A DNA stretch of 63,678 nucleotides, the filler included, from Octopus bimaculoides (lineage: Eukaryota), in assembly GCF_001194135.2 (NCBI RefSeq). It is 5 parts of 5 records of this genome, joined end to end, with 100 filler letters (N's around TTAATTAATTAA, not from the genome) between each part and the next. Parts side by side here need not be neighbours in the genome. Positions count along the whole stretch, not along the records: positions 62,585 to 63,678 come from NW_026374579.1; 4 more parts are not named here. The stretch is one strand, 5' to 3'. Both the position numbers and the translations under genes were made by a program. Shown here one piece after another: positions 63,583-63,678 of the stretch (within the stretch, counting starts at the first letter, position 1; every line of letters starts with the position of its first letter). The notes under the pieces were generated by a model. The model did not search any database and was not told where the DNA came from. It saw only the letters and a list, made by a program, of their open reading frames with translations.

Positions 63583-63678
63583 CAAAAAACAAAACAATGT
63601 TCTTTTATAAACAAAACCCCCCAAAACTCCTGTTTTTATATAAATAAGCAAGATCTCTGTATTTTCACAGAATTATAT

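Noticed and set aside
72-63678. Most six-frame ORFs (poly-HT, CV, YI, LSIY, poly-R/S/L, X-runs)
   Set aside because: They are translations of microsatellites or N gaps, not genes.

Overview
Repeat-dominated, AT-rich animal DNA. The SINE, RTE-tail and microsatellite families look like those of Octopus/coleoid cephalopods (inference from recall, not a database match). It is a gappy short-read assembly: four identical 100-bp spacers (N44-TTAATTAATTAA-N44) split the window into five joined segments. No complete, recognisable host gene is present, and nearly all listed ORFs are microsatellite or N artefacts. Transposon content: three tRNA-derived SINE families, RTE LINE fragments and tails, a decayed DD34D mariner, two DD37D/maT-like fragments, a Penelope GIY-YIG fragment, an R4/Dong-like fragment, piggyBac-type MITEs and a Merlin-type MITE. 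A tentative minus-strand gene 5' end is supported only by splice signals, a Kozak context and phase agreement (57.0-59.9 kb). The most unusual signal is a repeat family carrying all hammerhead-ribozyme core motifs in a non-canonical order, with stem I differing between two copies while staying paired. The window also holds ordinary Penelope-type minimal hammerhead remnants and several long inverted repeats.
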